A stretch of 64,000 nucleotides of DNA. It comes from a virus (Duplodnaviria > Caudoviricetes). The stretch lies in the IMG/VR virus record IMGVR_UViG_3300028886_000037, positions 160,001 to 224,000 of that record; one strand, written 5' to 3'. The notes under the pieces were generated by a model. The model was not told where the DNA came from. It saw only the letters and a program-made list of their open reading frames with translations, and made no database searches. Made by a program: the position numbers and the translations under genes. The first letter of the stretch is position 1; the number at the start of each line of letters is the position of its first letter. Positions 1 through 9,050 of this stretch are shown in pieces.

Positions 1-280
1 TGCGGGGCTGGAGATGTTCGACGCCGTTAGCGAGAATATCGTAGTAGCGGGGACGGCCGAGAGTGTTAGCTTCGTTGAACTGAGTTTCGTTGTCGATGAC
101 CAGATCGACGATGGACTGGAACTTAGCCATGCCCACGGTCTTCGGGATAGAGATGGCGCAGTTGCGCGGCCATTCAGAGTTGCGGAGGAAGCCACTGTAG
201 GTCTTGTTCTTGAGACCGCGATAGTGGAGGTTGAAGGTTGCACCAGACTTGGTTTCGATGTTGTTGTCCCAGATATTCAT
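1..280 (-). CDS. hypothetical early protein, truncated by the window edge (MNIWDNNIETKSG...)
   Basis: Manually translated open frame from ATG at 280; AAGGA RBS and early promoter at 321-353 upstream. Confidence 0.8.
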   Translation of the reverse strand, partial: MNIWDNNIETKSGATFNLHYRGLKNKTYSGFLRNSEWPRNCAISIPKTVGMAKFQSIVDLVIDNETQFNEANTLGRPRYYDILANGVEHLQPR

Positions 281-320
281 AGTTGATCCTTTTGAGGGAG
301 GTTAGTTTTGTTTACGCAGT

Positions 321-353
321 AAATATAGGTATTCCTTTGAGAAATCTAAACCC
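321..353 (-). promoter_or_regulatory. T4-early-like promoter (GGGTTTAGA-N17-TATATT), first of about 20 copies
   Basis: Same motif recurs upstream of minus-strand genes near 3858, 5153, 7224, 8275, 10801, 13235, 32011, 34978, 37343, 38804, 40778, 43536, 45622, 47471, 49197, 50824, 52744, 54384; resembles T4 early GTTTAC -35 consensus. Confidence 0.8.
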
Positions 354-392
354 TATTTTTAGAAAAATCTCAATTTTTTTCTGCAACACAAG

Positions 393-422
393 AAAAAAGC
401 TGCCCAGTTAGGACAGCTTTTG
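393..422 (-). terminator. intrinsic terminator
   Basis: AAAAAAGCTG...CAGCTTTT inverted repeat just downstream of the 446-1471 stop. Confidence 0.65.
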
Positions 423-445
423 TTAATAAGTTGTTTACAAACAGC

Positions 446-1471
446 TTATAGGCTGCTGATGTAAGCCTTCTTGAAGAGGAACGGGTAGTTGTCGAGCAGC
501 TCTTCGCCGTACTCGGCTTCGAGACCGACAGCGTTCTCGGTGTAAGCGTCCACGAGCTTGATGAGATTCTGGATCGTCTCTTCCTCGTCAGCCTCTTCGT
601 AGGTGCCGAGATCGATGCAGACATAGTTCTTGCCTGTCTGAGCGCCATACTTGACTCCACCGTCTCTCCAGTGAGCGCCCTTGAAGATCTCGCGGAGATA
701 AGTCGGGACAGACTTGTCTTCTAGAGCAGCGTTGATCAAGTCAGCGACTTCGTCCGGATCGTAGTCGTAAGTCTTGATGAAGAGCACATCTTCCTTTGCC
801 TCTGGCTTCTCGCCATCATATTCTCTAGCGAGATCAGCGATGTCGTTGTCTTCGTCCTTCTCCTTCACGACCTTGAAGCCCTTAGCCTCTACGATCCTCT
901 GAGCCTCTTCGAGCTGCTCGTGAGTGATGACGCGATAGCCGTGCTTCTTAGCGACTTCGATAGCTTCGTCGATCTGGTCCTGAGTGATCACTTCGTGACT
1001 TGCAGACTTCTCAGCGATCTTGTTGACCTTGTAGCCCTCTGCCTCAACGATCTTGATAGCTTCGTCGATCATCTCCTGGGACGGCTTGCCGTCGATCTTC
1101 TCAGCCTTGCGGGCTTCGGACAGGAACTGCTGGAATGACTTGACAGGAACTGCGGTGGACTCGTTGTAGCCGATTCCAGCGCCCATGCCGTCACCCTTGA
1201 GCATGTAGTTGGCCAAGATCGTGTCGACTGCTGGAGTGGACTTAGCCGTGAGGATAGCAGTAGCGAACTTCTTAGCAGCTGGTGCAGAAGTGCCGTGGCC
1301 GATCATTTCCTTCAGGTCGGACATCAGAATGTCCTTAGCGATCTTGATGCCGCTGGAGTCAACGAGCTTGTCGAAGAAAGATCCAGCGATGTACTTCTTG
1401 CAAAGAGTAGCGATGGAGTTCTTCACGTCGCTGAGCTCTGCTTCAGTCAATGTTACTTCTTGTTCTTTCAT
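446..1471 (-). CDS. putative internal head protein with three tandem EAxxIxxxxGYxV repeats
   Basis: Late promoter TATAAATA at 1515-1522; VKSFQQFLSE resembles the T4 capsid-targeting sequence MKTYQEFIAE; internal repeats. Confidence 0.55.
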   Translation of the reverse strand: MKEQEVTLTEAELSDVKNSIATLCKKYIAGSFFDKLVDSSGIKIAKDILMSDLKEMIGHGTSAPAAKKFATAILTAKSTPAVDTILANYMLKGDGMGAGIGYNESTAVPVKSFQQFLSEARKAEKIDGKPSQEMIDEAIKIVEAEGYKVNKIAEKSASHEVITQDQIDEAIEVAKKHGYRVITHEQLEEAQRIVEAKGFKVVKEKDEDNDIADLAREYDGEKPEAKEDVLFIKTYDYDPDEVADLINAALEDKSVPTYLREIFKGAHWRDGGVKYGAQTGKNYVCIDLGTYEEADEEETIQNLIKLVDAYTENAVGLEAEYGEELLDNYPFLFKKAYISSL

Positions 1472-1514
1472 TTTAGAAACTCTCCTATGTGTTCGAACTT
1501 TAGGTTTCTATTGA

Positions 1515-1522
1515 TATTTATA
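1515..1522 (-). promoter_or_regulatory. T4-type late promoter TATAAATA
   Basis: Exact T4 gp55 consensus; further copies at 4941(-), 5185(+), 10842(+), 18551(-), 35928(-), 55161(-), 60487(-), and a GATAAATA variant at 14212(+). Confidence 0.75.
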
Positions 1523-2441
1523 GGGTGATGATGAAGGCTTCGTTGTTGTACTCGAACGACTTGAGAGCGCGAAGCTGTCCTTTGTGCGTTTCGGGCTCAT
1601 AGACCCATGTGTGAGGGTCGTCTGGATAGCCGTTCGGGTTACACAGGATCGTGATTTTAAAGCCCTTAGCGTTCGTGTATACCGCCCTTTTGGCCTCATG
1701 CACGTGTCCGCACAGCCAATAGGCGTCATGATCGAAGATCTCGAGGAATTCTCTAGCGTCGAAGTAGAAGACTGCGTTTAGAGGGTCGTTCCTGAAGTCG
1801 AACGAGATCCCAAGCTGGATCGGCGTAAAGTGAGTGACCATGACTTTCGGCTGCATGAGACACAGCGTTCTCATTCTGCTGCTCTCAGCTTCCCACAACG
1901 CGTCTGCGTTGAAGTCTTTTCCTCTCCAGTACTTTCCGTCATACCATGATCTCTTCCAGTACAGCTTCGTTCTCTCTGCCCACGCTGTGTCTGGACAGCA
2001 GCACTTGAAGTCCGGAAAACCCATAGTGCCAGCGATGTCGTCATAGAGCATCTTGTCTAGCACTCTCACGTTTCCGAGTCCATTGCCATACTCTACCAAA
2101 GCGTCGACTTTCTCTTGGCTCGACTTGAATGGCAGGTTGCTCCTACTCGGCGTAGCGTTTCCGCGAACAGTCATGTCGTGATTGCCGATGACGATGTAGA
2201 CCTTCTTGTACTTCTCAGACAGCCACTTGATCGTATAGCATGTTGACTGGTAGTCGTTCGTGATGTCGCCAGGGACGATGATTCCGTCAACATCTGTCGG
2301 GTACTCTCTGAGCTTCCAGATGTAGTCGAGCGTCTCTTGAATTACGCTCTCGTGCGGATCATAGCATTCCCAGCGCTTTCTATCGACTGCCATAGGAAAC
2401 CACAGATCTGTGTGGATGTCGCTTACGACGAAGTATCTCAT
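1518..2441 (-). CDS. calcineurin-like metallophosphoesterase
   Basis: SDIH, GDI, GNHD, VTH, GHVH motifs. Confidence 0.9.
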   Translation of the reverse strand: MRYFVVSDIHTDLWFPMAVDRKRWECYDPHESVIQETLDYIWKLREYPTDVDGIIVPGDITNDYQSTCYTIKWLSEKYKKVYIVIGNHDMTVRGNATPSRSNLPFKSSQEKVDALVEYGNGLGNVRVLDKMLYDDIAGTMGFPDFKCCCPDTAWAERTKLYWKRSWYDGKYWRGKDFNADALWEAESSRMRTLCLMQPKVMVTHFTPIQLGISFDFRNDPLNAVFYFDAREFLEIFDHDAYWLCGHVHEAKRAVYTNAKGFKITILCNPNGYPDDPHTWVYEPETHKGQLRALKSFEYNNEAFIITL

Positions 2442-2857
2442 TATTCCCTCGGAAGCTTATCGACTGGAACGATCCTCCAAGCGTACTTGCCAGCGTACCA
2501 AGCAGCGAAGCTCTTAGCGTCGTTCATGTCGTTCCACTTCAGAACATCATCCTGAGTGCACTTGTTGCTGAAGAGAAGCTTGTGATTCGTCGGATATGCC
2601 TTCTCTCCTTCGAAGTCCCATTCGATGGTCCATGCTCCTGGCTCAGTCTTGCCGTCATACTCTTCGACTTTGGCTTCAGCCAGAACTCGGATCTCATGGT
2701 CGATCTTCTTGAGGCGTTCCTGGTACTGGATCAGGGCATACTTCACGCCGTCGTTCATCGGAATGCTCTCCGACTTGAGAATCTTGACTGCGAGGTTGAT
2801 CTTCCTCTGCTCAGCTACAAGTTCCTCTCTCTTCTGGATCTGTTCGTTTCTCGTCAT
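2441..2857 (-). CDS. hypothetical protein
   Basis: ORF track; translationally coupled in operon. Confidence 0.7.
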   Translation of the reverse strand: MTRNEQIQKREELVAEQRKINLAVKILKSESIPMNDGVKYALIQYQERLKKIDHEIRVLAEAKVEEYDGKTEPGAWTIEWDFEGEKAYPTNHKLLFSNKCTQDDVLKWNDMNDAKSFAAWYAGKYAWRIVPVDKLPRE

Positions 2858-3395
2858 GTTCTTTTTCCTTTATAAGTTCGTTCAATCTCTTGTTTTCTCT
2901 CAGCAGCGCTCTAACATCCTTGAACAGAGTGTTGTTAGAGAACTTGTCGTCAAACTCATCACAGAAGTCTTTAAGTCTTACGATCGAGTCTTCCAGAGTG
3001 TCTGGCTCATCCTCGTCTTCGTCGTGCTTCACTAGACTCTCAGCGCACTTTGTGATCTGGTCTGTGTAGTCTTTGAATTTATCAAAGTCGAACCTGACTC
3101 TCTTCTGTCCGTTCATCTCGAAGAACTCAGACATCAAGAAGTCTCTAGCCTTCGGGAACTTGTCAGTGAAGTACTTGTACAGACGCATGTTCGTGTAAGT
3201 GCAGCTGTCTTCCTCTGATTCCCATAAGCGTGTCGTGATAGCGCCGACGATGGCAGTCTTGTAGTACAAGTGCCAGCAGTTTACGCCGTTCAGATGGATG
3301 CACGCTAGATCGAATCCAGCATTTGCGAAGATCAACCTGAAGAGATACGACGTGTCAGTTAGCTTGTCAAATTGAGTCTTCTCTTCTACGGTCAT
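2811..3395 (-). CDS. hypothetical protein
   Basis: ORF track; coupled overlaps. Confidence 0.7.
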   Translation of the reverse strand: MTVEEKTQFDKLTDTSYLFRLIFANAGFDLACIHLNGVNCWHLYYKTAIVGAITTRLWESEEDSCTYTNMRLYKYFTDKFPKARDFLMSEFFEMNGQKRVRFDFDKFKDYTDQITKCAESLVKHDEDEDEPDTLEDSIVRLKDFCDEFDDKFSNNTLFKDVRALLRENKRLNELIKEKEHDEKRTDPEERGTCS

Positions 3396-3841
3396 TTGAG
3401 CTTCAACTCTCTAAATACGAGTTCTTTGAATATGTCCCAGTTCTCTTTGAGCTGAGTGTAGATGTCGATCTTTCGATCTGAGCCATCTTTAGGAGGCCAA
3501 GCCGATACGATCACTTCATACTCGCACTTAGCCCAGAAGTAGTACATGCACTGACGGTCAAGCTGCTTTTCGACAGTGTACTTGATCAGCTCGTCCATGT
3601 TCTTGCATCTCTTGAACTCGATACTCCAGGTCAGCTCTTCTTTGAAGAACTTTCTCAGCTCTGGCTGAATCTCGTCGAATCCGATCTTGTAAGCGTAGAG
3701 CTTTTCGCATTTCCTCAGCTTCTTGATCGTCTTAGACAGCTCTCTCTTGATGACAGACCACTGTCCGAAGTCGAACCAGTTCTGGAACTCGATAGTGTTC
3801 CCGTTGAAGTTCTCGTATAGTACTTTGAATGTAGGTTTCAT
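3392..3841 (-). CDS. hypothetical phage protein (YYFWAKCEYE...KIDIY motif)
   Basis: First gene behind early promoter at 3858-3890; RBS. Confidence 0.75.
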   Translation of the reverse strand: MKPTFKVLYENFNGNTIEFQNWFDFGQWSVIKRELSKTIKKLRKCEKLYAYKIGFDEIQPELRKFFKEELTWSIEFKRCKNMDELIKYTVEKQLDRQCMYYFWAKCEYEVIVSAWPPKDGSDRKIDIYTQLKENWDIFKELVFRELKLK

Positions 3842-3909
3842 ATTATGCCTTCCATAGTAAATCTACAAAAATTCCAGCGATTCTGTAAAACCGCTGGACT
3901 TGTAAACTT

Positions 3910-4920
3910 TTATAAACCTAGGATCTTGCTAGCGAGTCTAGAAGCCAGATCGAAATGGATACGGATGCCGCAGTCATCGAGCATCTGCTCCAGCGTCTCA
4001 GCTACGTACTCCTGATCAACATCCTGTGATTCCATCTTCTCGGAGACGTACTCAGCGATGTCACGCGCGTCGTCGTATCTCAGATCTTCGATGTTGTCAT
4101 AGAGAATCTCTGTGATCTTCATCATCTTCTCGAAGTGATAGTCAGCTCCAGATTCCTTGACGAGCTTCTTTCCAGACTTCTTGATAATCTCGTTAGCTTC
4201 AGCGAGCTCGTAGAGACCCTTGTTCTCCTTGAAGTACTCGACGACCTTCTGGACGGAGTTGAACTTGTGCTTGTTTATGACGAACTTGTTGCGGATGAGC
4301 GATACGATCCTGTGGCCGCTAGAGATAGGAATGTCGTTCCACTTCTTGCATGCTTCTTGAGAGAACTCCAGATTAGTCTCCAAGTAGTCGCCCTTGCGGT
4401 TGCTTCTGATGCGGCATGGAAGTCCCAGTTTCTCTAGCTCTTCCTTCAGTTCGTTCAGACTCAGCTGCTCTTCTGCAGGAATCGCGAAGTAGTCAATTCG
4501 CTTCTTGAGACCCATTCTGCGATCTGCGAGAACTTCTGACACAGCGCTAGAAGGACTTTCGTTCTGAAGCCACTTAGTCTCGTACTTGTCTCTTCTACCG
4601 AAGATCGGAAGCCAGCTGACTGGAACCTTTCCGCCAGTTCTCTCGAGCTCCTTGTTCGGGATGATTCCAGCGACCCATGAGCTGTCATAGAGTCCCTCTG
4701 CTTCGATCTGCTTCTTGAACTCTTGGTAAGCATCGAAGCTGAAGTTCTCGTCGTTAAGCTTGAGACAGTAGAACGTGTGGTCTCCGCCGTCAGCAGAGCA
4801 CTTGCCGTTCTGATTCATCAGGTATGTCATGAAAGTGTCGAAGGTCTTCTTCTCGCGCTTCTCGACAACTAGATGACCAGTCGACTCGAGCAGCTTCTTA
4901 GCCTCATCAAATTCGCTCAT
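3910..4920 (-). CDS. putative internal head protein (two copies of EAxxxLxxxGxxV motif)
   Basis: TATAAATA at 4941-4948; N-term MSEFDEAKKLLESTGHLVVE and internal EANEIIKKSGKKLVKES. Confidence 0.55.
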   Translation of the reverse strand: MSEFDEAKKLLESTGHLVVEKREKKTFDTFMTYLMNQNGKCSADGGDHTFYCLKLNDENFSFDAYQEFKKQIEAEGLYDSSWVAGIIPNKELERTGGKVPVSWLPIFGRRDKYETKWLQNESPSSAVSEVLADRRMGLKKRIDYFAIPAEEQLSLNELKEELEKLGLPCRIRSNRKGDYLETNLEFSQEACKKWNDIPISSGHRIVSLIRNKFVINKHKFNSVQKVVEYFKENKGLYELAEANEIIKKSGKKLVKESGADYHFEKMMKITEILYDNIEDLRYDDARDIAEYVSEKMESQDVDQEYVAETLEQMLDDCGIRIHFDLASRLASKILGL

Positions 4921-4951
4921 AGAAATTCCTCTTTATAGGATATTTATAGAG

Positions 4952-5119
4952 CTATGCGTACCACTTCTTGATGTCGTGGAACGCCTTTACGATCGAATCT
5001 TCGCCGAGTTGTTCGAGAATGTCGCACAGCAGATTGTCAGCTCTTACGTGTGCGACTTCAGTGTCGGAATTATAGCGAAGCTTGATGAGTTCTTCGAGTT
5101 CACGTTGGAATTTTGTCAT
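4952..5119 (-). CDS. small phage protein (AHxxADxLLC...KWYA), not in ORF track
   Basis: 55-aa manual translation; AAGGACC RBS and early promoter at 5153-5183. Confidence 0.75.
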   Translation of the reverse strand: MTKFQRELEELIKLRYNSDTEVAHVRADNLLCDILEQLGEDSIVKAFHDIKKWYA

Positions 5120-5217
5120 AGTTCTGGTCCTTTTGTGAAGTTTGACATAAACAATATAGGTATTTCCAGAGAATTTGTAAACGGTATAAATAAACTAAAT
5201 TGAAATTGAGTGATATT

Positions 5218-5952
5218 ATGCTAAGATTATCAGAGTGCATCAACGAAGGTTTCTTCGGAAACGGCTACGACAGATACAAGAGAAAGGTTCTAGACGCGCT
5301 TGCCTCGATCGGAATCGTCATCGACGAAGACAAGATGAAGAAGGCAGAAGACTGGATCCGAGACTTCTACGCTGACAAGATGAACGCCTACGACTGCGCT
5401 TCTGCTGTCAGAGACGAGTTCAGACGCTATAGAGCTCCAGTGACGGAAGCTTTCGAGAACTACGCTACCGAGATCATCAACAGCGCACCGCAGTCTAAGC
5501 GCAAGAACGCAGTAGATCTCATCAAGTCTATGGACAACATCAAGAAGGCTCACTTCGATCACTGCATCATGAGCATCGCCGAGAAAAAGAAGATGGATCC
5601 GAAGGGCGTAGTCAAAGCTAGAGGCTTCGACATCATGGAGCTCGTCAATGACGGAAAGCAGGCGCCGTCTCAGATCGTAGATTCGATCTCCAGACATCTG
5701 CTCGACACTAAAGAGCCCATGTCCGTCAAAGAAGCGCTTGAGATCATCAAAGAGTCTGGAAAGGTCGCATCGATGAGTGACTACATCGACATGGTCAAGG
5801 ATGAGCTCATCAGGATGGACTTTGGAGAATCTTACACAGACAGTCTAGTAGACAGATACTACCGCAAGACGATCGCTTTCTATTTCAACGAGGGTTTCAC
5901 TCCAGAAGAGACAGCAGAACATATTCGTGCTCTTGAAGACGATGAAGCTTAA
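5218..5952 (+). CDS. putative internal head protein with CTS-like N-terminus MLRLSECINE
   Basis: TATAAATA at 5185-5192; internal EALEIIKESGKV motif; two copies of a ~50-aa helical domain. Confidence 0.55.
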   Translation: MLRLSECINEGFFGNGYDRYKRKVLDALASIGIVIDEDKMKKAEDWIRDFYADKMNAYDCASAVRDEFRRYRAPVTEAFENYATEIINSAPQSKRKNAVDLIKSMDNIKKAHFDHCIMSIAEKKKMDPKGVVKARGFDIMELVNDGKQAPSQIVDSISRHLLDTKEPMSVKEALEIIKESGKVASMSDYIDMVKDELIRMDFGESYTDSLVDRYYRKTIAFYFNEGFTPEETAEHIRALEDDEA

Positions 5953-6015
5953 TAGAAAAGAGACGGCGAGAAACCGTCTCTTTTTGTGTCCAAACCAACT
6001 TTGTTAATAAGTTGT

Positions 6016-7191
6016 TTACATTCTGTCTACAGCATCTTGGTAGATCTTTTCGATCTCGCCACGGAGAATGTCGCCGAAGACGGGACCAGGCTCATAGCCC
6101 TCTGCCTTGAGACGGTCAGAGATTGCAGTCTGGTCGATCTCGATCTTAGCGAGCTGCAGAGCTTCGGGAATCCTCATAGCCCAGTCGGGAAGTTCACGCT
6201 GATCGAGAATGCTGATGAAAGTTTCCCAGTCTCCCTTGACGAACTGAACCATCTCGGTCCAGCTCATCAGTTCCTCTCGATTGGACAAGAATCTCTTATA
6301 CCACTTCAGCTGCTTCTTCTCTTCTCTCGTGAGCAGGCAGAGCTCTGCCTGACGATCCCACTGCTGACTGAACATAGTCATCATCACGAAGACAGAAGTC
6401 TTGCCGAAAGAGGGAGCCCTGAGCGCTGCGACATGAAGAGCGTGCAGATCGATCCATTCGAACATGGGGCAGACGTCCGTGATTCCAGTCTTGCTCAGAA
6501 TGTTGAGGAACAGCTGGAATCCGCACTCTTTGTTCTTGACAGCAGAGATCTCTTTGCGGATTCTCTCGTTAGAGAGACCCTTAGTCAGAGCAGCGTTGTC
6601 CTTCATAGCCTTGTACGTGTCGGGCTCGATCTCGTACCCGAAGTTGACAGCGAAACGTGCGCCACGGAGAATCCGGAGAGAGTCTTCCTTGAATCGCTTG
6701 TCGGGATCACCGACAGCACGCAGAACGTGATCTTCGATGTCGTGAATGCCGTCGAAAGGATCGATGATGTTTCCTTCGCCATCCATGCCCATAGCGTTGA
6801 TCGTGAAGTCACGACGGGCAGCGTCTTCCTTGAAGTCTCTCGTGAAAGCCACAGTGTCTGGATGACGACCGTCAGAGTAGTCGCCGTCAGTACGGAACTG
6901 AGTCACTTCGAACGGATAGCCGTAGATGTTGAAGACCAAGATAGTTCCGTGAGCTTCGCCGTTGTTAGACTCAGTGCGGAAGTTCTTCTTGAGCGCGTCG
7001 ATTGGCATGTTAGTCGCTATGTCCACGTCGTGCAGATCCAAGACGTTAGTCTGGCCGAGCTCGACGCGAACCATGTCTCTCACCGAGCCGCCGACGATGT
7101 AAGCTTCGTGACCGTAGTCGCGGATTCTCTTGCAGAGATCCATAGCGCAGTTGAGCGCAGAAGACTGGAAGCGGTTAGTGTTGATTTTCAT
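6016..7191 (-). CDS. cca: CCA tRNA nucleotidyltransferase / poly(A) polymerase family
   Basis: YIVGGSVRD, DVDIAT, RRDFTINAM, EDSLRILRGARF motifs; start reset to ATG 7191 (RBS, promoter 7224-7253). Confidence 0.92.
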   Translation of the reverse strand: MKINTNRFQSSALNCAMDLCKRIRDYGHEAYIVGGSVRDMVRVELGQTNVLDLHDVDIATNMPIDALKKNFRTESNNGEAHGTILVFNIYGYPFEVTQFRTDGDYSDGRHPDTVAFTRDFKEDAARRDFTINAMGMDGEGNIIDPFDGIHDIEDHVLRAVGDPDKRFKEDSLRILRGARFAVNFGYEIEPDTYKAMKDNAALTKGLSNERIRKEISAVKNKECGFQLFLNILSKTGITDVCPMFEWIDLHALHVAALRAPSFGKTSVFVMMTMFSQQWDRQAELCLLTREEKKQLKWYKRFLSNREELMSWTEMVQFVKGDWETFISILDQRELPDWAMRIPEALQLAKIEIDQTAISDRLKAEGYEPGPVFGDILRGEIEKIYQDAVDRM

Positions 7192-7280
7192 TAGTTGGTC
7201 CTCTTGTTGAAGGTTACGCTTCAAATATATGAAAATCCTGTCTGTTTGTAAATAGCAGTCTTCCATTTTTAGTAATTTTT

Positions 7281-7625
7281 AGTCCGACATTTTAAGCCGT
7301 AGCGCTGGAACGAAGCACAACTCAATGATGCTGTCGGTAAGCGTGCGCCGTTCGCGATGGAACTCCTCTCGCACGAATGAACGAACATGGAGTATCGAAG
7401 CACGATTGTAGCTATTCGTGCACACAGCCGCCATTAGCGCCTGAAGATGTAGCTGGAATACAGGATGACCGATCCATAAGCTTCAGGGTGAGTCTACTCA
7501 TAAGTCGACGGGCGAAGGAGTCAGCAAAAGACGTTCTTCAGAGGTCAGAGACAGTGAGATTCCTGAATAGGCTCATTGTCTCTGGGCTCTGGATGTAGCA
7601 AAAGAAAGCTCAGCTCCGCTTCGCA
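7281..7625 (+). ncRNA. putative structured non-coding RNA (family not recognised)
   Basis: No credible ORF; multiple nested stems, with G-U pairs favouring the + strand; followed by terminator. Confidence 0.55.
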
Positions 7626-7630
7626 ACAGA

Positions 7631-7659
7631 AAAACCTCAGGATCAGATCCTGAGGTTTT
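7631..7659. terminator. bidirectional intrinsic terminator
   Basis: AAAACCTCAGGATC-A-GATCCTGAGGTTTT near-perfect palindrome. Confidence 0.8.
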
Positions 7660-7678
7660 GTAAATTTATCGTTACGTG

Positions 7679-8242
7679 TTATGCGATGTCGGTGAGCTTG
7701 TCCCAGCCTTCGGAATGCTGCTTTGGATATGCGTCCTGATATTCCTGGTAAGTCTTTCGCAGATCGTCGTAGTGACGATCGCGGACTTTCACGTCGAGAT
7801 CTAAGACGATCGGTTCAGAGACCTTGATGAGCTTCTTGAAGGACAGAGAGCCGTAAGTCGTGTAGTCGTCGCAGTGACGGATAGCCGTGCGTTCTGCTTC
7901 CTTCTGAGTCTTAGCGTAGACTTCGTCAGTGCGGACAGAGCAGCCGAGCTGCGGGTTGTAGCGGTTGTATTCATAGATCCAGCGGCGTAGCGGATTCTTG
8001 ACCTTGCGCTTCCTTTCACGCTTCGGCTTCTCTTCTAAGCCGTTGATGTTGTCGGCGTTAGCGCAGTTAGCGCCCTTCTCGTTGAGCGGATAGCATCCGA
8101 CTCCCTTGATGATGAAGCAGAGATCTTCGTCGTGTTCGGATACGATCTCAGCGTTGTACTTCTTGAGAAGCTTTGCGAGATCCTTGCGGAAGTCGAGATT
8201 GTCGTTGAGGGTCGGGTGCTGGGAGCGGTCGAGATTGGTCAT
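7679..8242 (-). CDS. hypothetical early protein
   Basis: AAGGACCAAAACTATG RBS; promoter 8275-8306. Confidence 0.75.
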   Translation of the reverse strand: MTNLDRSQHPTLNDNLDFRKDLAKLLKKYNAEIVSEHDEDLCFIIKGVGCYPLNEKGANCANADNINGLEEKPKRERKRKVKNPLRRWIYEYNRYNPQLGCSVRTDEVYAKTQKEAERTAIRHCDDYTTYGSLSFKKLIKVSEPIVLDLDVKVRDRHYDDLRKTYQEYQDAYPKQHSEGWDKLTDIA

Positions 8243-8474
8243 AGTTTTGGTCCTTGTTTTAAGTTTGTATAACAAATATAGGTAAAACTATGAGAAATCT
8301 AAACCCTTTGGATTGAGATTTTCTTGATTTTCTTGACTGTTAGAAGATCCAGATGCCGATCAGGCACAAGATGTTTGATTCTGTACTTTACACTCTGATC
8401 GGGTTGATAGCTTCTGATGATCTCTCGATCTCTGTAGTACTCATCTAATACTTCGTCAGTTAAACTTCCCATAA

Positions 8475-8696
8475 TTATGCCTCTTCTATATCGCCTTCAT
8501 CGCTGATGATAAAGCCTTCAGGAATTATGCCTTCCGTGATTGGAGTTATCTCGGATGATCTTACACGATGTCGAATAGCTAATTTCGCGCTTACGGTCTC
8601 TTTCCATTCGTCCTCAGCAGCTCCATAGCTATCGAACTGCTCTACGAACGCCTCGCCTTTCGGATCTTTGTGAATAAAGAAGTACTTTCTCTGCAT
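8475..8696 (-). CDS. hypothetical protein
   Basis: ORF track. Confidence 0.6.
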   Translation of the reverse strand: MQRKYFFIHKDPKGEAFVEQFDSYGAAEDEWKETVSAKLAIRHRVRSSEITPITEGIIPEGFIISDEGDIEEA

Positions 8697-8699
8697 AAC

Positions 8700-9050
8700 C
8701 TATCTCTTACGCTTATCTCTCACTAGGTTTGCGTACTCGACCTGCTGTCCAAGGAACTCATACAGTTCCCCGCGTTCTACAGACTTGATAGAGACTTCCT
8801 TCGGTGCCGCCTTTACGAGCTTCATGCGGATGTCTTCATAGTACTGACGATATTCGATCGTAGTCGAGTTGATGATCATGTCCCAGCGGAATCCGCCATT
8901 TGCTCTTATGCGCTGCTCTTCGTCGTTGAGCTTCGAGTAAGCGATTGCCGTGAATTCCTCTTTTCCACCGACATAGTTAGTGACCTTGATCTGGTCTGGA
9001 TAGTCGGTCATAGCGTCAAGCGCAGTCTGCTTTGCCTCTTCGTAAGTCAT
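8700..9050 (-). CDS. hypothetical phage protein (MTYEEAK...), in frame with upstream TnpB
   Basis: Own AAGGAAGG RBS and ATG at 9050; phage-like codon usage. Confidence 0.7.
   Translation of the reverse strand: MTYEEAKQTALDAMTDYPDQIKVTNYVGGKEEFTAIAYSKLNDEEQRIRANGGFRWDMIINSTTIEYRQYYEDIRMKLVKAAPKEVSIKSVERGELYEFLGQQVEYANLVRDKRKR

Noticed and set aside
5986-7194. 402-aa + strand ORF
   Set aside because: Antisense shadow of the CCA gene caused by codon bias; no motifs or RBS
7281-7625. Identification as tmRNA, RNase P RNA or a (permuted) group II intron (GTGCG at 7343, AGCCGTA at 7295)
   Set aside because: No acceptor stem/CCA or tag ORF, no RNase P conserved regions, and the putative domain V lacks its 3' pairing strand
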